A stretch of DNA of 64,000 nucleotides from Dimorphilus gyrociliatus. Taxonomy: Eukaryota > Animalia > Annelida. The notes below the pieces were generated by a model, which made no database searches, was not told the origin of the DNA, and saw nothing but the letters and a program-made list of their open reading frames with translations. Shown here in pieces: positions 13,163 through 24,329 of the stretch (position 1 is its first letter; every line of letters begins with the position of its first letter). The position numbers and the translations under genes were made by a program. The stretch covers positions 3,590,165-3,654,164 of the forward strand of contig CAJFCJ010000005.1 in assembly GCA_904063045.1 (NCBI GenBank), written 5' to 3'.

Positions 13163-15435
13163 CTAACTGTTGGAATTTTTGACAACAATATTGACAATGC
13201 TAATGTCATCCACTGGTTTATCATTTTCTTTATTAGTTTTGACAGTCGATATTGCTTGTACAACGTCCATTCCTCGAAAGACTATTCCAAACACAGTATG
13301 CTTATTATCTAACCATGGGGTAGGTATAACTGTTATGAAAAATTGTGAACCGTTTGTATTCGGCCCTGCATTTGCCATAGAAACAGTATATGGACGATCG
13401 TGTTTTTTTGAAGGGTGAAATTCATCTTCAAACTCTCCTCCCCAAATACTTTCTCCGCCTGTACCATTTCCTTTAGGGTCACCAGTTTGAATCATGAACG
13501 ATGGAATAACTCTATGGAATATATGCTTGTTGTAGTAGCCATTTCTCGAGTGAACAACAAAATTTTCTACGGTCTTTGGACATTCTTTCGGGAATAATTC
13601 AATATGAATATCACCCTTTGTAGTATGTATGATTGCGTATTTGCCCGTTCTTGATGGTCCACCAGCGTCAGTTGTAGCTGAGAGTATTTCTTCTTTAGTA
13701 GGCTTTTCGTTAAAAACATCTCTGTCGTCATCCTCGGTTTCACGCCTAGTCAGCAAAAAGAATCGATTCTTCTTAAAAGCAGTAGCGAATACAGTTGGAT
13801 CAGTTAATGATGAAGTTTGACTCAAAAGAGGATTGTCACTTGCAGCCATTTCAGCTGTGGGTACAGCTTTTTGTTGAGCACTACCTTGCCATAAAGATAT
13901 ATGTAAAAATCGAATAGTTTCTCCCTTTCCAAGAATACGGCTACAAACATTTGTTTTTAAATTTATGATCTTTATACCAATAGGACTTCCATAAAGAAGG
14001 AAATTTCCCGAACAATCAAATATGATATTGCAATAGGCGTAAGAGCTAGACTTTTCAAGTTCTTTTTCAATGGCAATTCTGCGATTCCATTCCATGTTTG
14101 TAACAAAATTTTTAGTTCTTTGTAAGTCTTCAGCAGAACTTATCGACTCATCAAGAACTTTACTTAATTTTCCAGTCAAGAAATTAAATATTCTTACCTA
14201 AAAATAAAGACATTAAATTTTAATTCTTACGAACAAAAGATAGTTTTCAGTAGGTAAATACTTTTCGATTTTTGCTGAGAGATGCCATTTTATTTCCGTC
14301 AGTGGAAAAAGCAAATTCTAATGGGAGTGTCTTTTCTTTCAAGAAATCGAACAAGTCGGTATCAAGCTTTGATTGCCAAGAAGCGTTGCCTATAGAATAT
14401 TTTTTAATATAATACTATAAATATAAAAGGATTATCAAGTACCGTTAATCTTGTAATCGCCTTGAGGTCCACACCAATATTCGACCATTCCTTGGGTATC
14501 AGCTGACACGATAGTATCGTAACGTGCATTATATCTCATAACAATTATAGGTGAGCTATGAATGTTAGATAAAATTTTCAAAGGTTCAGATGAACCTTTA
14601 CCGTCGAAAATATGAATATTTCCATTTAATTTTTCGCATCTGTACAAAAAAAATTTGTAATAAACAAATGTTTTTTTTTATCTATGATCTATTTTAGCTA
14701 ATAAGATAATTACATTGCCAAAGTGGGCATTGCGTCACCATGGGCATAAATCCATTCGCATTTTGACGGTTGAAATTGTAGTTTAAGCATATTTATCATG
14801 TCTGAAAGTTTAATAATTGTAAAATAATAATATAATTTATGAATAAATGAATATTCATTTTACCAAAATTAATTACATCGAAGACCTTAGCTATTTGGTC
14901 TTCAGCGATTGATGCGGCCATCTGTCCATCGTTACTGCCAGCAAGATCAAGAATATTGGTCAAATGACATCTAAAATGCTTAACGAATTCTATATCTCTA
15001 TCTGGGTTCTTTTTCCAAAATTTTACGTGTCCATCAGCACTTGCTGTTATGATAAAATCCGTTCTGAAATTCGAATAAATTACATAAATAGGAAATAAAT
15101 TAATAAACGTTGGTTATATTTACTTTGTTACCACAACATGAGTGATCACATCTCTATGCATGTAACTCTTTTCGTACATTTCACATGCAGGTAAATTATC
15201 TAAGTAGACTTTTTCAAATTGAAGAGCTAAATATAAAAAGAGCGATATAAGGTGGATATTGTTTAGCGGTAAATTGAAAAGTAAAAAATACAATTAGATC
15301 AAATCGAAAAATACAAAACAACAAACTTTTCCTCTTTTTTGCAGTTGCTGACTCTCCAATTTTAGGTCCAACCCAATCATCATCACTATCATTATTATCG
15401 GCGGGACGCTTTACCGCTTCAGCAGCGCTTTCCAT
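13163..15435 (-). CDS. PPWD1: Peptidylprolyl isomerase domain and WD repeat-containing protein 1
   Basis: N-terminus DDDWVGP...KRK, then [24 protein letters not shown] and WD repeats (KFWKK...[10 protein letters not shown]). The C-terminal cyclophilin domain reads PKTVENF...[15 protein letters not shown]...[16 protein letters not shown]...[10 protein letters not shown]. True ATG at 15435. Confidence 0.96.
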
Positions 15436-15624
15436 TTTGGACACTGTATTGTTAATAAACTGGGCATATATTTGTTAGAATCAAGGCGCCATCTGTAATA
15501 TATAAAAGTTCTTGAAGCAGATCATTGAATCATTTGAATCATAAATATGTTTATTAGAAGCTAAAACTAAATTAGGACAAACGATAAAGACATATGATTT
15601 AAAAAGAAAAAAATCCTTGGGATA

Positions 15625-17430
15625 CTAATAATAAATCAATGTTGTATCTTCACGGATCATTGAGGGGTAAGTTCCGTCAGCGTTCCATTGATCTTAAAAA
15701 CAAAATTTTTTTTGTGTGGCTTGTTAATATTGAAAATATTGAAAATAACGTATTAACGTAATGCTTTAAAAAAATCTTTCTTTTGTCAAGTGCTTTATAC
15801 TTACCTTCTGCCATTGCTACCACAGTTGCTTCTTCATCCCTCGCTTTATAAACTTCTACAGGAAAGTGAAGATATCCGTTGTTCAAAGTTAGTAATCTCA
15901 ACAACTCTACCAGCTGGAGAATGATTTGCCCTTTTGAAAGCTTCTTTCCGTTAAGTTTACCGTTTGTTGGGCATTTGTAAAAATCCAGTTCATAGCCTCT
16001 TGGTGGATACTTGTACAGGTAGTGCGAATATGGAACATTTCGCACTACTTGACAAAATCTCACCAACTTGGAGGTGAAATTTCTTAGCTTGTCAACGAAA
16101 TGGCTTGTTGTCCGCAGACCGTCTATCATCTGCTCAAATTCTACCCTCTCTCGAAACTTTGGATAAGCAAACTTGTAGTTGGTGTTCGGGAAGTCCACGG
16201 TTGGACTACAAAATAAAAAGAAATAAAGAATTATGATTAAAAGACTTTGTTAGGATGTATATGTAGAATACTTGGAGATCAGTGGGAATTCTGTAAGTTC
16301 GGAACACTTTCTAAAAATTTCCAACGAAACAGCCAAGTTTTTCTTCTGGTCCAGAGTTTTTTCTTCATTTTGTATATTCAACACCAAAATCCCATAAGTA
16401 TCAACCGTATTCTGCTCTGAGCAAACGGTTTCTATGCAATTGAAATATGCAAATGAATATTTTTTCCTCTACAGTATATACATTTTGATTGTTTTACCTT
16501 CACTTATAGGCTGAAACGAATTGGCCGTAAGCGTTTGTTGCGTTGGCCCTGAATTCGTCAGATTCTCGAAATGATTAGCCATGGAAATTCCTGTTACTGA
16601 TCACGTGTCAGGTATATCGAACAGGCGTACAGATAATTAATTTAAATTTGTTATTATACAGTGCTTAAACAAATGTTCCGTACAACCGACTTTTTTTTTA
16701 TAAGGGCTATTTTAAAGGGTAATCAATGGGATTTTTTTAGAAAAAATCTGACTACTGTGTAGGAAATTTTGTCTAGTTTTATTAGAAATTTTCAGGTGCT
16801 TTCTACCTCTTCTAGTTTACGAATTATTTACATATTTTGGTGAGTATGTATAATTCAGTACAAATTTTTTTGGAAAAGTCAAGCCAATTTTCCATATACC
16901 CAACACCTCCACTCTATGTATAATTAGGTTTAATAATGTATTGTATGGAAAATTTCGGAATGTTGAAAATCTCCGAAATCTGCCCATAGGATAAGCCTTC
17001 TTGGTGCCTATTAATATTATACCTTCCTATCATATTCATTGAATACTTGTTATAAACTACTCATGGATCATATTTTATAGGGGGTATACGGAAAATTGGC
17101 TTAACTTTTCCAAAAAAAAATTCATACTGAATTATACATACTCACCAAAATATGTAAATAATTCGTAAAGTAGAAGAGGTGGAAAGTCGGTTGTACGGAA
17201 CATTTGTTTCAGCACTGTATGCCCTCTATATTTACAAGGATTTTGGTCAAAATTGCCATTCAATCCATCTGTCTGTTGTACTGACACATCGGTCTGTTCT
17301 ATCGAAAAGTCAATAAGTTAATTAACACAATAACTTGCTATAATAAAACGACATTACTTTCCAAATCGTGGAAGAATAATTCCGTGTCTCTCGCATTTAG
17401 AAAGCGAGGAATAGATGAGTCTGGCGACAT
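15625..17430 (-). CDS. Uncharacterised ~287-aa protein, 6 exons: 17430-17358, 17298-17236, 16596-16498, 16431-16272, 16205-15805, 15692-15625
   Basis: All five introns are GT..AG with compatible phases, and the summed CDS (864 nt) is an uninterrupted ORF. Introns are 59, 639 (559 of it MITE), 66, 66 and 112 bp. I recognise no domain. Confidence 0.7.
16659..17217. mobile_element. Non-autonomous Tc1/mariner-type MITE (559 bp)
   Basis: Terminal inverted repeats CAGTGCTTAAACAAATGTTCCGTACAACCGACTTT (16659-) and AAAGTCGGTTGTACGGAACATTTGTTTCAGCACTG (-17217) differ by one mismatch. A TA target duplication flanks both sides. A second ~100-bp inverted pair lies at ~16800-16900 and ~17083-17183. No transposase ORF. 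Confidence 0.88.
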
Positions 17431-17865
17431 AAAAGCTTAAAATTAAAGAGAATAAATGTAAAGGTTGAACATTACTGTTGTTCATTTTGTTCACTCTGAT
17501 CTATTAGATTAATAAGAAGCTTCTTAAGCGACACTCGATGTTAGACAGATGAAATCTCCTATATAGAAATTTTGCAATATATTTATGAAATTGTGAAATA
17601 ACCACGAACTGGTGGCGCCCTTTTAGATTTGTATTCAATAACAATTTTAAAAAAATTAGGTCAAAACAAATAAAATCACATCAAAACGATTGGAAAAAAC
17701 ATTTTTAATACAAGTGAACACTGCTACAAATAACAGAATTACTTTTCATCATTGAATACTGTACAGTACTTGAATATTTAGCTCCAGAAATCTTGACTAA
17801 GCTGTCCAAGATTCAAACATTGAGACGTTCCAAATATAATTTCATAGAGAAAGATAAAAGAGAAA

Positions 17866-17872
<7 letters not shown>

Positions 17873-17906
<34 letters not shown>

Positions 17907-17921
17907 ATATATATATATATA
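17873..17921. repeat. (GA)n(TA)n compound microsatellite
   Basis: Direct run. Confidence 0.9.
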
Positions 17922-18233
17922 GTGTTTGAGTGACGTTTTTGATTATTTTTTTATAAAAAAAAAGGGTAGACAGAAAAGAGAAACACTAATTCTTAAAACT
18001 TCCTTTTGAAAAGAAAGAAATTTTGTGAGTAAAGATTTAAAAAAGAAAATAAAGTAACAAACAAACAAAACAATTAAAGAAAAAGAAGAAATCTAATGAC
18101 AAACAGGAGATTGCTTAATAATATTAGAAAATGTCACCATATTGAACGAGATTCTTAAACGGAAATGTTATTTTTTTCTTCCCTAATGAAAAACAAATTG
18201 AGCAAAAAAATTCGGAGGACGTTTAAAACTGTT

Positions 18234-20303
18234 TCACATATTCGAAATTGGATCGTGAAAAAGGCCATATACTTCTAGGATTTTTGACAAATCTAATACG
18301 TTTTTTATAAGCTGAGGCGACTCTAATAGTTCTTCTCGTGGGATTTTCGGATAACTCAAAGGGTAATGTTGGGAACCCTGTAAGAGTAAATATATATATA
18401 GATCAATACACAAGCATTTATAATTCCCACTCGCGCACCTACCTTAAAACTTTTATGTAGTAGGACAACAACCGAATAGAATACGAAGCGAAGCATGAGC
18501 AATCTTAGAAAGTCATCACCATAAAATTGAATGTAGGATTGATCTGAAAGAAATAAATTATAAAATTATTCACAGGAAAGCATAAAGAAAATAATAAACA
18601 ATTGAATAAACACACACCCAAAGTCTTTGATCTCATAAATAGTCTACCAGCGTCATTTAAAAATTTATCCACCTGTTCACAATAGAATCTTAATATAATT
18701 TAAACAATAAACTCAAAGAGAATTTATCTATTGGTAAGTAATGTAAAAAGCATTCTATTCATTCTTGTTTTAATAATAAAATCCATCACCTGAGATCTAG
18801 ACCTCTCCCACAGAGTAAAAGGTACATCGTTCAGTTTACATATGTAACAGAAAGCTGTTAGGGGTGAGTGGAGGAAAAGCGTCATTAAATTCCCCTTTTG
18901 GTGTTGTTCTGTCAGAAGGAACCAGTCAGCAGGCAATTTATATACACACAACTACATAAATAACTAATTAATTAGTGTTTTATAAAGTATTAATGGTGAA
19001 TTGTTTTGTTTTTTTGCTGTTGTTCATAAGCCAGCTAAACTAGGAGCAAACTATGTTGACTGCAGATAATAACATAGGCTACATAAATAGCATTTCATAT
19101 CTTACCTGGAAAACTATCTGGAAACGTCGCTGCTGATAATAAACAGACTAACGGTTGTCCAAATAGAACTGGCCAATGCTGTTTGTTTAATTAATAAATA
19201 AAAATGATACTAAATAAATTTTGATTAAAATAGACTGAGAATATATTACTAACAGCAAATGCTGAGCTATTATCACTATCGACAATAAGGAATAATGGTT
19301 TTCTGCAATATAAATATAAATCTCCTGGATGTAGGCTGAAAAAGAAGGAAAAAAAACAAAAAATGTATAATAAGGAAGAGGAATATTTATAAGATTAGAT
19401 AAAGATAATATTTATATTGTAATCAAATTACCAATGCATGTCTTTTAAAGCTCCCGACCTCTTTGTTTTATTCTGTACAAATTCTGGCTCTCTTTTATTA
19501 TTTGTAAGCAAACCTCCGTAATCGTATGCAACTGTATATACGTTGAAGCAGGCAGAGGCGTGTGCAGACGCACAAAAGAAGAAAAAAAAAAGTCAATTAA
19601 CAATTAATTAAACGTATCAGCAGCAATTTATCAATTTCTTTTATTTAAAGCCTCTACCACTTACTGTCAAGTTTTCTGCTGTTATCACAATGATTTCTAC
19701 ACCCATCAGCAGATAAATATATTAACATAGCCCCGGATGGCGGAAGTTCTTTAAATCCGGAAGCTAGGAATGCATTTAATTGCGAGAAAGTCGGTTTGTA
19801 TAATAAATATTTATGAGGATTCTCTCTCTTAGATATCCCAGATCCATCCTAAGAAAGGAAAGAAAAAGCATCTTAGTTAAATATGAAAGATAGAGAGAAG
19901 GAAAGAGGTAGAGCAAAGAAGGAAATTATAAAAATTAACTAACAAAGGGTATTCGACCAGGGGCCGGAGAGGCGTCAAAAATTTGATTAGTTAGATCTTC
20001 TTGAGGTTCCCTTTCTAGCGTCTGCAATATTCTGAACATATCTAAAGTCAATTCACTAAACTTGACCTAGAAAATATCCCCAAAAAAAAAAGAAACAAGT
20101 CGTTAATTTTGTTTAATGACACAAAATTAATCTAAACAAACTTGTGAGTGACTATTGCCAACAATTAATATCTCCTGAAGAGTTAAATAAATAGGCGTTC
20201 CTTTTTCCAGCGATACAATATTCGTTGGAGTTAGACGATGAGATAATATAACAGGAGTAGACTCAAGATCCGTAACGTTCACAACATTATCTGCCTATAT
20301 TTG

Positions 20304-20359
<56 letters not shown>

Positions 20360-21755
20360 CATAAAGATAAAAAAGAGAGAATGTTTAAAGAACCTGTATA
20401 AATGCCTGAATTTCCCCTAAAACTAGCGACCATTCTAACTGATCATCTGGAGAATAAGTACTGCTGTAGTCATCAATTTGTTTAGCCAGTTCCTAATAGA
20501 CAGAGAGAGAGAGAGAGAGAGAGAGGAAGAGAGAGATAAAAGGAGAGATAGAGAAAAAAAAATATAGATTAGTTTCTTTTTAAATAATGAATAAGATTGC
20601 TATCTTACTCTAACTAAGTCTCTAACTAATTTCATTTTCTTTAAAAGCAAGCAGACAACTATAAATCGGGCGTAATATCTCAATTTTTTCACCATCAAAT
20701 CAGGTCTGTAACGAAAAAATAAGAATAAATTTATACGAAGAAACAGAGAAGTATAGAAAAGGAGAGAAAGACGAAGAAAGAAGGGAGAAGGATAGTTTTT
20801 CTCTTTTATTGAATAAAGACGTATGTATATATTCCCTTACCTCTCTTCTTTATTGGCACTGGAATAATAAGCTCGCATTCTAATAGCATTATAAAACGAA
20901 AACGATTCATTTAAATAATTCGTTTCGCTTGTACGTAAACTGAAACGGAGAATAGAAATACATATTTAATAAATATTAAACTCTAATAACAAATATATAT
21001 GACCTTTAAACGTTAAATATTGCTAAATAAATTGCATACTTACTAATAATGATAATATAATTGCCCTATTTTCGATGCTATTTCTCCTATTTGCCACCTT
21101 TTAAGGGAATATTTGACGTCTAGAACGTGTCTGTTAATAATTTAATTAACGTTTAATATAATTAATTGCTTATTTAATTTCCCGACTCTTTTTTATCTTA
21201 CCGATTTTGCTGTTGGAATTTCCATAGTTTTGTATAGACATCGAATGTTCGACCAAAATACGATTGCCATTGCTTATGACCGTATTGGGGTAGATCTCTA
21301 TAACAGTAAGCACATATATGCATGTATATTTTATGTATACGTAGTCTTCTATCTATCAATCAATCTATATATATATATATATATATATATACTGTATATA
21401 CTATATATGTATATATATATGCATTTATTAACGACTAGTATTAAAACTATTATAATTATCTAACAATCTATGACAAACGTGTCTTATAGTGTCGATATAT
21501 TAACAAACAAACACTTGGCAACAATAAAGATTTATTTGCGGATTTCATACGTTATGCAAACGATGTCGATAGGGCCAACGTCACCGAAGAGACGCTCGCA
21601 ATATAATTATATGATGCATACAGATATTTTTTTAGAATTGGTTTGCAAAGCAAACTTAACTACCTTAATCCGTTGAATAGCTGCTTTGATTTTTCCAAAT
21701 AATGACAAAATTCGTTGACAATCTTGCGTTCTTGATCATCCATTTCAACGGACAT
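18234..21755 (-). CDS. SCAI: Protein SCAI (suppressor of cancer cell invasion), many short exons not shown in the ORF track
   Basis: Spliced translation: MSVEMDDQERKIVNEFCHYLEKSKQLFNGLR|DLPQYGHKQWQSYFGRTFDVYTKLWKFQQQNR|...LKRWQIGEIASKIGQLYYHYY|LRTSETNYLNESFSFYNAIR...KKLRYYARFIVVCLLL...VKFSELTLDMFRILQTLEREP...RENPHKYLLYKPT...LHPGDL...FGQPLVCLLS...QFYGDDFLRLLMLRF...HDPISNM*. These blocks match the SCAI family. Confidence 0.93.
20309..20352. repeat. (TA)n microsatellite in a SCAI intron
   Basis: Direct run. Confidence 0.95.
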
Positions 21756-22137
21756 ATTGATTACGATATAAGGCGTTGAAATGTCTCCCAACGAAACCTT
21801 AGTAACCAAAATGTCGTTTAAGACACTACCAGATGGGATTCATTTTGAATTGCAAAGATGGTATTTCCTCGTAGTCAAGCACATATTAATATATTGACAT
21901 AACACGCTGCGAGAATAATAAAATGGCGACGAATGTACTACAATGGAATCCATACTTTAATTCTCTATATAGCTTGTCGCAGTATAGAGCGACATCTTTT
22001 CCCCTAAAATCGTAGTAAGCGGAAGTAGTTTGTCTTTTTTCCGATTGTTCTGCTTCGGCACGATTTCTCTTTGAATTGATCCATTCTTAATTACACTTGG
22101 AGAAATCTTTAATCAATATATTTCTTTTACTTTTATT
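21756..22137. promoter_or_regulatory. Probable bidirectional promoter between SCAI and DHPS
   Basis: The divergent ATGs are only ~380 bp apart. The interval contains AAAATGGCG (YY1-like, ~21919-21928) and AGCGGAAGT (ETS-like, ~22018-22026). Confidence 0.55.
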
Positions 22138-23619
22138 ATGGAAAACTTAGCCGAACAAAGCGTTCTTTTAAAAAGTGGTGAATTACCTTGTGAACCGGTT
22201 GAAGTTAAAGGATACGACTTTGAAAACGGATTAGACTATTCTCAACTATTGAAAAGTTTTAGAACAACTGGATTTCAAGCAACAAACTTCGGAATGGCTA
22301 TCGAAGAAATAGAACGAATGGTAAAATAGTGCTTTCATCTATTATCGTTCCTTCCACGTGCGTTTCTTTTAACCAATTACTACGTATTGCGCAATATTTT
22401 TAGATAGATTGTAAACGGCAGCCGCTATCCAAGGCAGATCAAGAATGCCCTAATCTAAACCCAGTAGGAAGAGAGAAAACAAATTGTACTATTTTTCTCG
22501 GCTATACGTCCAATTTAATCTCATCAGGCGTTCGAGATACTATACGTTTTCTGGCTAAAAATAATTTGGTAATTACCTTTTTCCATTATTCTTTATTATC
22601 TATTACGTTATCTAATCCAAAATAACTAAGTAAACCTTCTATAGGTTGATTGCATAGTTACAACTGCTGGTGGAATTGAAGAAGACTTTGTTAAGTGTCT
22701 CGCACCTACTTACTTGGGAGATTTTAATAAATTTCCAGGGCAAATGCTAAGAGATAGAGGAATAAATCGAATTGGTAATTTACTAGTACCAAATGATAAC
22801 TATTGTTATTTCGAGGAATGGATTATGCCTATTTTTGATAAAATGGTATAGAATTATTTTCTACTATATTACTTTCGCTTTGTTTATTTTAATTCCATCA
22901 TTGCGTTCTTCTTCCAGCTTAAAGAGCAAAATGAAGAGGGAACTGTTTGGACTCCATCAAAGGTTATTGCTCGCCTAGGTCACGAGATTGATAACCCAGA
23001 TAGTGTTTATTATTGGTGCGCTAAGGTTCGTTTTAATAGAAATAGAATGGGAAAAATAATTGATCATGAAATAGATATTTATAAAAGAAAAAGAGGAGCA
23101 TCTAATGATAAATAAATTACTCTCTTGACAGAATAATATTCCTGTATTTTCTCCGGCGTTAACTGATGGATCTATTGGCGATATGCTCTTCTTTCATTCT
23201 ATTAAAAATCCTGGGCTAAAAATAGACCTTGTTGAAGACATTAGAAGAATGAATTTTCAAGCATTGTACGCAATTAACACTGGTATGATTATCGTAGGAG
23301 GCGGCCTTATGAAGCATCATATATGCAACGCAAATTTAATGGTAATTGCTTTACAAAGATATGATTATTATTATTATTAAAACTTCCGCTTCTTCTTTGT
23401 AAATAGAGAAATGGAGCTAATTTTTCCGTATTTATAAACACCGCTCAAGAATTCGATGGAAGTGATTCCGGTGCCCGACCAGACGAAGCAATATCTTGGG
23501 GAAAGATACGAAAAGACGCAAAACCCGTTAAAGTATACGGTGAAGCAACATTAATCCTACCATTATTAGTTGCGGAAACATTTTATAAATCTCACGAAAA
23601 TACTAAGAATACAAAATAA
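22138..23619 (+). CDS. DHPS: Deoxyhypusine synthase, 6 exons
   Basis: VKGYDF...[84 protein letters not shown]|[21 protein letters not shown] (catalytic Lys). Confidence 0.96.
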
Positions 23620-24329
23620 ACAATTCGTTTTGTTTGTTATTATTATTTTTTTTCATAATTTCAGTATCAATAACATTTTATGTTTTTTTTTTCTTTTCTT
23701 CCAAAGAAAAAAGGTTCTCTCTTCTAAAATTAACAAATTTGTGACATCAATTTACACACACAAAAAAAAGGTGAATACAAAGAAATAGTATAAAAAAAAA
23801 ACAACGTATAAATATAAAAAGACGATAATGTATATGCAATATTTACACACTATAATTCATGCTGTGTATGCATGCATGAACATCTCTTCTTGTTTTGTTT
23901 TTTTTAACATATAAAAGACATGTATATAGATAGATTTTAAAATAAAAAGTAATAAAAAATGAAGACTAGGCTAAGAAATTTCCATTTTTCAGAAAATCGA
24001 ACATAGTATTTAGCACCATTTTTGCGAAAACAATCCTTTATAATTTTTAACTTAATTATTTTTTTCCTTATCTCCTCCAAAAGAAAAAAATTTCATGCAG
24101 GTTTTCTAACGCAAATTGATTATTCGTTTGTTGATCAGCATTCATTGAAAAAAAAAACTTTCCTTTCCTTTAGTATATGTGTTTATATAAGTATTTAAAA
24201 AAATAAAAACAGCACCAAATTGCCTGTTTTAGCTTATTTTTGAAGTTGTTTCTTTTTGTTTAAGCAAACAAAAGCTTTTTCATACAAAACAAAAAAAAAA
24301 GGTAATATTGTTGAGCACATTTTAATTTC

